NCBI GenBank assembly: GCA_903924465.1
Contig: CAIYBN010000056.1
Location: 1,291 to 65,290, forward strand
DNA length: 64,000 nucleotides
Direction of reading: 5' to 3'
From: an uncultured Myxococcales bacterium
GTDB lineage: Bacteria; Myxococcota_A; UBA9042
Positions 56,366 to 64,000 of this stretch are shown here, piece after piece. A program made the position numbers and the translations under genes. Within the stretch, counting starts at the first letter, position 1. Each line of letters starts with the position of its first letter. The notes beneath the pieces were generated by a model, which was not told the origin of the DNA, searched no databases, and was given only the letters and a program-made list of their open reading frames with translations.

Positions 56366-57928
56366 ATGACAGCGACCACGCTTCAGACCAAGAGCCAGAA
56401 GCACGATCTGCTGCCCAAAGGCAAACAGGTTGATCTGACGACGATTTCCAGCCCGGGTCGCTGGAAACCTGAGTTCGCCGTGCCGTTCAACCAACGGCAG
56501 CTTGGCAGCAAGATTCTGATCACCAACGACATGGGCGATTGGGATCTGCTGAGCCGCGAGGAATTCCGCGACTTCATCGAAGGCAAGCCGCAGCCGGGCG
56601 AGCCGCTGTATGAACGACTGAAGACCCACAATTTCATCGCCAAGGAAATCGACATCACGGCGCAGGCCGAGCGGTGGAAGCGCAAGAAGCAATACCTGTT
56701 TTACGGTCCGACGCTGCACGCGTTTGTGCTCACGCACCGCTGCAATCACGGCTGCCAGTATTGCCACAGCTCGATCGTCGGCATGGAGCGGACCGACACG
56801 GACATGTCGATCGAGACCGCCGAGCGTGCCGTCGATCTGGTGTTCCAGACCACGAGTCCAGGCATCACGATTGAGTTCCAGGGCGGCGAGCCGACCGCGA
56901 ACTGGGAAGTGTTGCAGCACGTCGTCGAATACGCGCGGCAGAAGAACGCGTTGGCCAACAAGGCGCTGTCATTCGCATTGGTCACGAACTTGTCGCTGAT
57001 GGACGACGAGAAGATGGAGTACCTGCTGGACCGCAAGGTGCAGATTTGCACCAGCTTGGACGGTCCGGAGGATTTGCACAACAAGATCAGGATCTTCAAG
57101 GACGGCAACAGCCACGCGAACTTGATGCACTGGATCAAGCGCATCAACGACCGCTACGGCGAGCTGGGCTTGGATACAAACCTCTACCGCGTGGAAGCGC
57201 TGCCGACGATCACCAAGCCGGGCTTGCACCGGTGGAAGGAAATCGTCGACACGTACGTGGAAGCGGGCTGCAAAGCGGTGTTCCTGCGCAAGCTCGACCC
57301 GTTCGGCTTCGCAGAGCGCACGGCCAAGACGCTGGGCTATTCGATGGACGACTTCCTGGAGTTCTATGCGCATGCCGTGGACTACATCATCGAGCTGAAC
57401 CGCAACGGCACGCAGGTGATGGAGCGGCATGCATCGATCATGCTGAACAAGATTCTGGCCGATCAGGAGCCCAACTACCTGGACCTGCGCACGCCCGGTG
57501 GCGCATGCATCGGCCAGCTGGGCTACGCGCCCGACGGTGGCGTGTATTCGAGTGACGAAGGCCGGTTTGTCGCCGCAATGGGCGATGACATGTTCCGGAT
57601 TGGCACGGTCGAGGACACGTACCACCAGTTGATGACGAACGCGCAGACCCGCGCGATCGTCATGGCGGGCTTGAACGACGCGCAGCCGGATTGCGTCAGC
57701 TGTGTCTACAAGCCGTGGTGCGGCCAGCAGGTCGAGTACAACTACAAGACGCAAGGGTCGTTGCACGGCCACATGCGCGACTCGGTGTGGTGCAAGAAGC
57801 ACAAGTCGATTTTCGACTATTTGATGTACAAGCTGGAGAACGCCGACGAACGCGACATGGAGATGTTCCGCCGCTGGACGACGAACCGTCAGCTGGAACA
57901 CTTCCTTCAGGAGCGCGCGCCGCTGTGA
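56366..57928 (+). CDS. Radical SAM/SPASM-domain peptide-modifying enzyme with an N-terminal RRE-like extension
   Basis: GAGGAG ribosome-binding site. Roughly 110-aa N-terminal extension (ILITNDMGDWDLLSREEFRDFIEG, PqqD/RRE-like). CNHGCQYC. GGEPT. C-terminal SPASM Cys cluster (CVSCVYKPWCG). Confidence 0.9.
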   Translation: MTATTLQTKSQKHDLLPKGKQVDLTTISSPGRWKPEFAVPFNQRQLGSKILITNDMGDWDLLSREEFRDFIEGKPQPGEPLYERLKTHNFIAKEIDITAQAERWKRKKQYLFYGPTLHAFVLTHRCNHGCQYCHSSIVGMERTDTDMSIETAERAVDLVFQTTSPGITIEFQGGEPTANWEVLQHVVEYARQKNALANKALSFALVTNLSLMDDEKMEYLLDRKVQICTSLDGPEDLHNKIRIFKDGNSHANLMHWIKRINDRYGELGLDTNLYRVEALPTITKPGLHRWKEIVDTYVEAGCKAVFLRKLDPFGFAERTAKTLGYSMDDFLEFYAHAVDYIIELNRNGTQVMERHASIMLNKILADQEPNYLDLRTPGGACIGQLGYAPDGGVYSSDEGRFVAAMGDDMFRIGTVEDTYHQLMTNAQTRAIVMAGLNDAQPDCVSCVYKPWCGQQVEYNYKTQGSLHGHMRDSVWCKKHKSIFDYLMYKLENADERDMEMFRRWTTNRQLEHFLQERAPL

Positions 57929-58027
57929 TTCTGGCTGCAGCGCGCTGTTTTCGCGCGCGCAGGTAAGGAGACCGCCGCGCGGCCTCCTCGGATTCTGCAA
58001 GCAGAATCCTCACCTCCAGCGGGGGCG

Positions 58028-59110
58028 ATGCGCCCCTTTTGGAACGGCATGCTTCTCGGCGCGAAGACTCCAGGTCTCGAAATCCTCAGTGTCCATCGCA
58101 GGATGGCCGTGCATGCGCTCGGTCACGGTCGCGTGTGGGCCAGCCGCGGCGGCAATCTCTACACGCGGGCAATCCGCGGTGGGCCGTGGCTGTTGCAGGG
58201 GCGCCTGCCGGAGCCCGCCTGGCAGCGACTGGTCGGCCGTTCCACCGCGGTCGGTCAAGCCCTGCGCCTCGGCATCCACGGGATCGTGCCGCTGTCCGAT
58301 GGCGCCCAAGTCGTCGTTGCGACCGGCCGGCTGTGGCGCTTGCAGGAAGGGCGCTGGCACGAAGCACTGCGTTTTGACTTCCGCAAACCGGCGCGGCTCG
58401 GCATGCTGCGCACCACCGATGGTGCCGTTTTCTGCGCCGAATACGCGCTCAATCCGCACCGCGACCGGGCGATTCGCCTGTGGCGCTCGGACGACGACGC
58501 CCGCACCTTCCGACAGGTCTTTGCATTTCTGGCCGGGCAAGTCCGGCACATCCATTTCATCCAGCAGGATCCAGTGGACGGCTCGCTGTGGCTCGGCACC
58601 GGCGATCGCGATACCGAGAGCGGGCTCTGGCGCTCGACGGATCTCGGCGAGAGCTGGAACGTCATCGGCCGGGGCGACCAGCGTTGGCGGGCCATCGGGC
58701 TGGCCTTCTTGCCCGACGCGGTCATCTGGGGCACGGACGCCGGCAGCGACGCCGGGCCATTTCGCAACATTGCGCTGCGCTGGGATCGGCAAACGCAGAC
58801 GCTGGTCGAACTGGGCGCGCTGCAAGGTCCGGTCCACGGCGTCACTGCGCTGCAGGATGGCACGGTTCTTTTGGCCACCGGGTGTGAAGGCGGCATCAAC
58901 GAGGCAGACCGCCGCGTGCACGTGTGGGCCCTCCGCGCAGGCCAAGCGCCGAAAGAATGCGCGCATTTCGCCGCGGGTCTTCAGCCCAAGCGCGCGCAAT
59001 ACCCGGTCATGCACTTTGCCCAAAGTCAGGAGCTGGGCGAGCGGGTCTGGCTCATCGGCCGCGGCCTTTTGGCTGGCGCGGTGATCAGCATGGAAGTGGC
59101 GCTGCGCTGA
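58028..59110 (+). CDS. BNR/Asp-box repeat beta-propeller protein
   Basis: Asp-box-like motifs (STDLGESW; GTDAGSDAG). 360 aa; start uncertain. Confidence 0.5.
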   Translation: MRPFWNGMLLGAKTPGLEILSVHRRMAVHALGHGRVWASRGGNLYTRAIRGGPWLLQGRLPEPAWQRLVGRSTAVGQALRLGIHGIVPLSDGAQVVVATGRLWRLQEGRWHEALRFDFRKPARLGMLRTTDGAVFCAEYALNPHRDRAIRLWRSDDDARTFRQVFAFLAGQVRHIHFIQQDPVDGSLWLGTGDRDTESGLWRSTDLGESWNVIGRGDQRWRAIGLAFLPDAVIWGTDAGSDAGPFRNIALRWDRQTQTLVELGALQGPVHGVTALQDGTVLLATGCEGGINEADRRVHVWALRAGQAPKECAHFAAGLQPKRAQYPVMHFAQSQELGERVWLIGRGLLAGAVISMEVALR

Positions 59111-59160
59111 ACATGGCGCTGTGCGGTGGATGTGGCACACTGCCCGCGGGAGGTGCTGCC

Positions 59161-60477
59161 ATGGCTTATCGCGCCGTTGAAATCATTGCCAGCAAGCGCG
59201 ACGGACGCACGCTCTCCGGCGATGAGATTCGCTGGCTGATCGCAGGATTCACCGACGGCAGCGTGCCCGACTACCAAATGGCGGCGTTTGCCATGGCTGT
59301 GTTCTGGCGTGGCATGGTGCCGGACGAAACGGCCGCGCTGTTGGACGCCATGGAACGGTCCGGCGACGTCGTCCGCTGGCCGAACCTCGCGTGGCCGACC
59401 GCTGACAAACACTCGACTGGTGGCGTCGGCGACAAGGTCTCCATCCCGCTGGCGCCAGCTGTCGCGGCGTGTGGCGTCGCCGTTCCGATGATTTCCGGCC
59501 GCGGCCTGGGGCACACCGGCGGCACGCTCGACAAACTCGAGTCCATTCCCGGTTTCAACGTGCACCTTGACCTCGCGGCTTTTGACCAGATGGTGCGGCA
59601 AATCGGCGTCAGCTTGATTGGCCAAACGGACCGTCTGGTGCCCGCGGACAAGAAGCTCTACGCGCTGCGCGATGTGACGGCGACCGTGGAGAGCATTCCG
59701 TTGATTACCGCGTCGATCCTGTCGAAGAAGTTGGCGGAGGGCGTCGGTGCCTTGGTCATGGACGTCAAGGTGGGCTCCGGCGCGTTCATGAAGGACCGCA
59801 CTTCCGCGCTGGCGCTCGCGCGCTCGCTCGTGGACGCTGGCACTGCCGCAGGCCGCAAAGTGACGGCTTTCCTGACGGCGATGGACCGACCGCTGGGCAC
59901 GCACATCGGCAATGCGCTGGAGATCGCGGAGTCCATCGAAATCCTGCATGGCCGCGGGCCGACCGACACCCGCGAATTGACCGTGCGTCTGGGCGGCGAA
60001 ATGCTGCGCCTGTGCGGTGTCGCGACGACATTGGCCGCCGGCGAGTCGGCGATTGCGGCCGCCCTGGACGACGGCCGCGCGCTGGCGAAATTCCGCGCGC
60101 TGGTGGCTGCCCAAGGAGGCGATCCGCACGTCTGCGATGCGCCGCACGACGTCCTGCCCCAAGCGCCGCTGGTGACGCCCCTGCTGGCGTGGCAGGACGG
60201 CATCGTCCAGCGGATGGATGCCTGGGACATTGGCGTCGCGGCGGTCCATCTTGGCGCGGGGCGCAATACTGCGGCGGACGCGGTCGATCCAGCGGTCGGA
60301 TTTGTGCTGGCCAAGAAACCTGGAGATCGCGCGCGCGCGGGTGAACCGCTCGTGTACGTGCACGCGCGCACGGAGGCGCAAACGCGCGCGGCGTTGACAG
60401 AATTGCGGGGCGCAATCGCGCTGGGCGCCGAAGCCCCGACGTTGCTACCGCTTTGGTTGGACGTCGTCACCGCGTAA
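59161..60477 (+). CDS. deoA: Thymidine (pyrimidine-nucleoside) phosphorylase
   Basis: DKHSTGGVGD. SGRGLGHTGGTLDKLESIPG. Collinear with E. coli DeoA along its full length. Confidence 0.9.
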   Translation: MAYRAVEIIASKRDGRTLSGDEIRWLIAGFTDGSVPDYQMAAFAMAVFWRGMVPDETAALLDAMERSGDVVRWPNLAWPTADKHSTGGVGDKVSIPLAPAVAACGVAVPMISGRGLGHTGGTLDKLESIPGFNVHLDLAAFDQMVRQIGVSLIGQTDRLVPADKKLYALRDVTATVESIPLITASILSKKLAEGVGALVMDVKVGSGAFMKDRTSALALARSLVDAGTAAGRKVTAFLTAMDRPLGTHIGNALEIAESIEILHGRGPTDTRELTVRLGGEMLRLCGVATTLAAGESAIAAALDDGRALAKFRALVAAQGGDPHVCDAPHDVLPQAPLVTPLLAWQDGIVQRMDAWDIGVAAVHLGAGRNTAADAVDPAVGFVLAKKPGDRARAGEPLVYVHARTEAQTRAALTELRGAIALGAEAPTLLPLWLDVVTA

Positions 60478-60491
60478 TCATCGAGGCACCT

Positions 60492-61643
60492 ATGGCAGAG
60501 CCCATGCAGTATGTCAGCGGCACGGCGATGGCCCTCTCCGAGTTGCCAGAGAGGATTCAACCGTATCTGGCCCCGACTTCTCCCGTCGCGACGCGCTTGC
60601 GCGCAGCTGCCGGCACGTTGCCGTTGCCCCCGGATCAGCTGATCACGGTGCTGCTGTTCCTGAGCCAGGACAGCGACGAGCTGGTGCAGAAGAAAGCGAC
60701 CGCGGCGCTTCTGGAAATGCCCGCCGATCTGACGCAACCGGTTTTGGCGCACTTGACATCCCCGGCGGGGCTGGACGCCGCGGTGCGTGTTTTTCGCCGG
60801 AACGACGAGATCGCCATCGAACTGGGCTCCAATCCCAGGACGGCCGACGACACGGTCCGCTGGCTGGCCGGCACGGCTTCGGCGAACGTCTGCGATGCCA
60901 TTGGCCGCAACCATGTCCGGGCGCTGCGCACGCCGGCGATCGTCGAGGCGCTGTGGCTGAATCCCAAGGCGTCGCAAGGTGTTGTGCAAGGACTGCTGGA
61001 ATTGGCCGTGCGCCAAAATCTGCCGCTGGAGCACATCGCCGGCTTTCGCGAGGTCAAGGCGATCCTGTCCGGCGAGGAAAAGGACGCTGAGCACGAGAAA
61101 GGCCTGTCCGACATCGAGTTTTCCCTGGCCATGGCTTGGGCGACGCAGAGCTACGAACGCGAATATGGCAGCACGACGCAGCCGCTGCCCGGTGATAACC
61201 ACAAGACAGAGGACGACAAGACGTCAACGCTGCAGACGCTCATTAGCAAGATGTCGGTGTCACAAAAGGTACGTCTGGCGATGGTCGGCGATGCCAATGT
61301 ACGCAAGTTGCTGATCCGCGACCCGAAAAAGTTGGTCGCACTCGCAGTCCTGCGGTCGCCGCGCATTTCCGAAGGCGAAGTGACGAATTTTGCCGGCAAC
61401 AAGTCGCTGTCGGAAGAACTGCTGACGGTCATTTGCCGCAACCGCAATTGGGTCAAGGACTACGCGACACGCAAAGCGCTCGTGTTCAATCCCAAGACGC
61501 CGATTACCTTCGCGATGACCTTCCTGCGCCAGCTTTCCCCCAAGGACTTGAAAGACGCGTCCGGCAGTCGCGACGTCAACCAGACGGTCGCCCGCACAGC
61601 CAAGCGGATGATTGCCGACAAGGCGGATAAGCATAAGTCGTAG
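60492..61643 (+). CDS. Hypothetical alpha-helical (HEAT/ARM-like) protein
   Basis: 383 aa from MAEPMQY. Repetitive helical composition. No recognizable catalytic motif. Confidence 0.55.
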   Translation: MAEPMQYVSGTAMALSELPERIQPYLAPTSPVATRLRAAAGTLPLPPDQLITVLLFLSQDSDELVQKKATAALLEMPADLTQPVLAHLTSPAGLDAAVRVFRRNDEIAIELGSNPRTADDTVRWLAGTASANVCDAIGRNHVRALRTPAIVEALWLNPKASQGVVQGLLELAVRQNLPLEHIAGFREVKAILSGEEKDAEHEKGLSDIEFSLAMAWATQSYEREYGSTTQPLPGDNHKTEDDKTSTLQTLISKMSVSQKVRLAMVGDANVRKLLIRDPKKLVALAVLRSPRISEGEVTNFAGNKSLSEELLTVICRNRNWVKDYATRKALVFNPKTPITFAMTFLRQLSPKDLKDASGSRDVNQTVARTAKRMIADKADKHKS

Positions 61644-61675
61644 CCAGTCCAGGCCTGGTCGATTCGGCGTTGCCA

Positions 61676-63316
61676 TCACTCAGGCTTGTCGAGTTCGCCC
61701 GCCGTCACCGCTTCCGCAATCACGTCCGCCAGCAGCGCCGTCTCGCCACAGGTCTCCTTGTCCTCGGCCCGGAACGGTCGGCCGTCCAGGCAGTGCCGGT
61801 CGGCCAATTGCAACGGCAGGTAGCCGCTGCCGCCGCGCGCCAGATAGTCCAGCGTGGCCAGAGTGTAGCGTTTGCCCGGCACAAGCGCCTGGCCACCGAC
61901 GGTCACATCCTGCGCCCGCTCGCCCGCCTGCTCGATCGCCACGGGTTTGTTGTCCACGTATGTGTAGCGCGCCGGCGTCCGCGACACGTCGCAGCGCATG
62001 TGCACGCCCCACACGATGCTGTTGGCGCCATGCTCCTGGGTCTGCGCGTGGCCGCAAGCATGCTCCAGGACATCGTGCAGTTGCTGACCCGTCAGCGTCA
62101 CCAGCACGACGCGGTTGCGAAACGGGTGGATCGCGGAGACCTCGAGATTGGTCACCGCCCCCGGCGGGTAGATCATGTGGCTGCGGAAACCGCCGGTGTT
62201 CAAGAGCCCGCCGTCGACGTGCTGCTTGCTCACGCGCTCCGCATACTGCGCCACGGCCCGGGTCGCCCGCACTGCATACTGGGAGTGGGCAATGTCCATC
62301 ACATCCCAAGCGTAATCGCGCTTGCCAATCACCCGCTCCGGCACCAGCGCGGCGAGCAGCTTGTCCGTCTGCGCGACGAGCGCCGCATCGGCCTGATAGG
62401 ACTGCGGCGCGGTAAGATCATAGGTCGTTTGGTCGTTCAGATGGCCGTCCGGCGACACCGCCAAGTCGATGCGTCCCAGTCGGTCGAAGCGGGCGCCCGT
62501 TTGAGTAATCCAGGTCGGTCCGACATGAATGGCTTGCTCCAAACGGGTATGCGAATGGCCGCCGACAATCACGTCGATCCCGTGCACGTCGCCAGCCAGC
62601 TTGCGGTCGTCATCCACGCCGAGATGGGACAGCAACACGACGATCTCCGCGCCTTGTTGGCGCAACGCCGCGATGCTCGCCCGCGCGCTGTCTTCGAGCG
62701 GCCGCAGCTTGACGTCGCCGAGATCCGAAATCGTCCGTGTGCTCGGCGTCAACAGGCCGAACAGCCCAACTTTGACGCCACCGCAATCCGCCATCGCCGT
62801 CGCGCCGAACAGGCCTTGCGGATGGCCTGCATCGACCGGGTCGAGCGCACCGCCCACGCCATCGACATTCGCTGCCAGCAGCCGGAACTGATGCAGTCCT
62901 TGTAGCGCGCGCCTTACGACCTTGGGACCATTGTCGAATTCGTGATTTCCAAAGACGGCAAAGTCGTAACCCGCCGCCTCGTAGAGCGGCCAATTTTCCG
63001 CCGCGGCGCGTGCGCGATCGCCGTCCTGACGTTCCAGGAAACGACCTTGCAGTACGTCGCCGCCCTCCAGCAACAGCACGCCGCCGGGCCGCGACTCCAG
63101 CGCCGCCTTTTTGGCCGTGGCGATGCGCGCCAGCGGGTAGGCATAGCTCAGCTTGCCGTCCGCGGCGCGCGTGGCGCCATCGAAGTTGGATTCGCTGTCG
63201 TTGGTCGTCAGCAGCAAACAGCGCCGCACCGGTGCCGACGCGGACGACGCCGCGGTCGTTTGCGTCGCACCGCAAGCCAGCGTGAACAACACCAAAAGAA
63301 TCCACAAACTTCGCAT
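61676..63316 (-). CDS. Bifunctional metallophosphatase / 5'-nucleotidase-family lipoprotein (UshA-like)
   Basis: Lipobox LVLFTLACG. Calcineurin-like phosphoesterase motifs (GNHEFD; GGHSH). C-terminal 5'-nucleotidase domain. Confidence 0.8.
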   Translation of the reverse strand: MRSLWILLVLFTLACGATQTTAASSASAPVRRCLLLTTNDSESNFDGATRAADGKLSYAYPLARIATAKKAALESRPGGVLLLEGGDVLQGRFLERQDGDRARAAAENWPLYEAAGYDFAVFGNHEFDNGPKVVRRALQGLHQFRLLAANVDGVGGALDPVDAGHPQGLFGATAMADCGGVKVGLFGLLTPSTRTISDLGDVKLRPLEDSARASIAALRQQGAEIVVLLSHLGVDDDRKLAGDVHGIDVIVGGHSHTRLEQAIHVGPTWITQTGARFDRLGRIDLAVSPDGHLNDQTTYDLTAPQSYQADAALVAQTDKLLAALVPERVIGKRDYAWDVMDIAHSQYAVRATRAVAQYAERVSKQHVDGGLLNTGGFRSHMIYPPGAVTNLEVSAIHPFRNRVVLVTLTGQQLHDVLEHACGHAQTQEHGANSIVWGVHMRCDVSRTPARYTYVDNKPVAIEQAGERAQDVTVGGQALVPGKRYTLATLDYLARGGSGYLPLQLADRHCLDGRPFRAEDKETCGETALLADVIAEAVTAGELDKPE

Positions 63317-63319
63317 CGA

Positions 63320-63973
63320 CTACCCTTTGCTGCGTGCTTCCGGGCCGAGCCCGGCTTTCTTCCGCGCGTCCAGCAGCCGAACCAGATCCGGCGCCGGCAG
63401 CGTCGTCACCCGGCCGATCTGCATCGCCCGCAGCTGAATCGCCGCCAGATGCTCGAGTAGCTCCGCGCGGAGATAGGCCTGCTCCAGGTCGTCACCCCAA
63501 GCCAGCACGCCGTGGTTGCCCAAGGTGAGGGCGTCGTGGATGCGCGCGGCTTCCTGCAGTTGCGCGATTTGCTCGGCACTCTGCGGAAACCTATACGGCA
63601 GCAGCGGAATCTCGGCGCCCAGCGACACCACGGCTTCCGCCAGCATCTTCGGCTCGATCGCCACGCCCGCGACCGCCAGCGCCGTCGCGTTGGGCGCGTG
63701 CGTATGCACCACCGCGCGCACGTCCGGCCGAACGGCATAAATCGCCCGATGCAGCTTGATCTCCGAAAATGGCCGACGGCCGCCCTGCAGCACGCGGTCC
63801 CGGGCATCGAGCACGATCAGGTCGTTCTCCGTCAGCGCGCGCTTGGACATCGCGGTCGGCGTCGCCAGCAAATGCTCGCCGGGCAGCCGCAGCGTCACGT
63901 TGCCGTCGTGATTCGCCACCCAGCCGCGGGTGTGCAGCTCCTGGGCGATCGCCAGAAGCTGACGCCGCGCCAT
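63320..63973 (-). CDS. Class II aldolase/adducin-family protein (L-fuculose-phosphate aldolase-like)
   Basis: 217 aa. HTHAPNATA and GNHGVLAWG motifs typical of the class II aldolase fold. Confidence 0.85.
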   Translation of the reverse strand: MARRQLLAIAQELHTRGWVANHDGNVTLRLPGEHLLATPTAMSKRALTENDLIVLDARDRVLQGGRRPFSEIKLHRAIYAVRPDVRAVVHTHAPNATALAVAGVAIEPKMLAEAVVSLGAEIPLLPYRFPQSAEQIAQLQEAARIHDALTLGNHGVLAWGDDLEQAYLRAELLEHLAAIQLRAMQIGRVTTLPAPDLVRLLDARKKAGLGPEARSKG

Positions 63974-64000
63974 CGCCAGCGTCGGTTCACCCAGATGGAA

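Noticed and set aside
61670-62905. 411-aa plus-strand ORF
   Set aside because: Antisense to the 5'-nucleotidase-like gene.

Overview
High-GC window (about 68-70% GC by eye). Its gene content points to a Myxococcota-type genome: many lipoproteins, MopE-like Cys-rich 'metal-binding' repeats, thrombospondin-type-3 Asp-rich repeats, and a MYXO-CTERM-like motif. This taxonomic call is an inference.

Layout from left to right:
1. A complete IS21-family insertion sequence (istA/istB on the minus strand, imperfect terminal inverted repeats of about 35 bp at 197-230 and 2852-2887). It appears to have landed in the 3' end of a zinc-ribbon membrane protein gene.
2. An XRE regulator and a small basic protein; then dbpA, an srkA/YihE-like kinase, and dapD-secG-tpiA-pgk-gap on the minus strand.
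3. A translationally coupled operon: ArsA-like ATPase, two M16 peptidases, and an HD (RelA/SpoT-type) hydrolase; then kdpD-kdpE with no kdpFABC anywhere in the window.
4. serS; a YitJ-like fused homocysteine S-methyltransferase/MTHFR with a structured leader; an MBL hydrolase; eno followed by three lipoprotein genes; a nitrilase-family hydrolase; an alpha/beta hydrolase; dtd.
5. The accessory-looking core: a 2.0-kaa secreted protein of TSP3 Ca-binding repeats, whose ORF runs without a stop into what looks like a separate signal-peptide plus beta-rich protein; an unusual 763-aa fusion of a B12-binding radical SAM domain with a radical-SAM/SPASM domain; and a TPR/HEAT secreted protein.
6. psuG and a structured intergenic region containing a 43-bp tandem repeat array (about 5.5 copies) plus two perfect palindromes.
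7. A MopE-repeat/L-type-lectin lipoprotein, a TPR protein, mutL.
8. A compact co-directional cassette: a radical SAM/SPASM enzyme (paralogous to the SPASM half of the upstream fusion), two paralogous small proteins with poly-lysine tails, and a second radical-SAM/SPASM enzyme with an N-terminal RRE-like extension. This is the best candidate for an undescribed peptide/protein-modification system in the window.
9. A BNR-propeller protein, deoA, a HEAT-like hypothetical, a 5'-nucleotidase-like lipoprotein and a class II aldolase.

No rRNA, tRNA or CRISPR array could be supported by eye. Many long antisense ORFs in the track are GC-driven shadows and were rejected.
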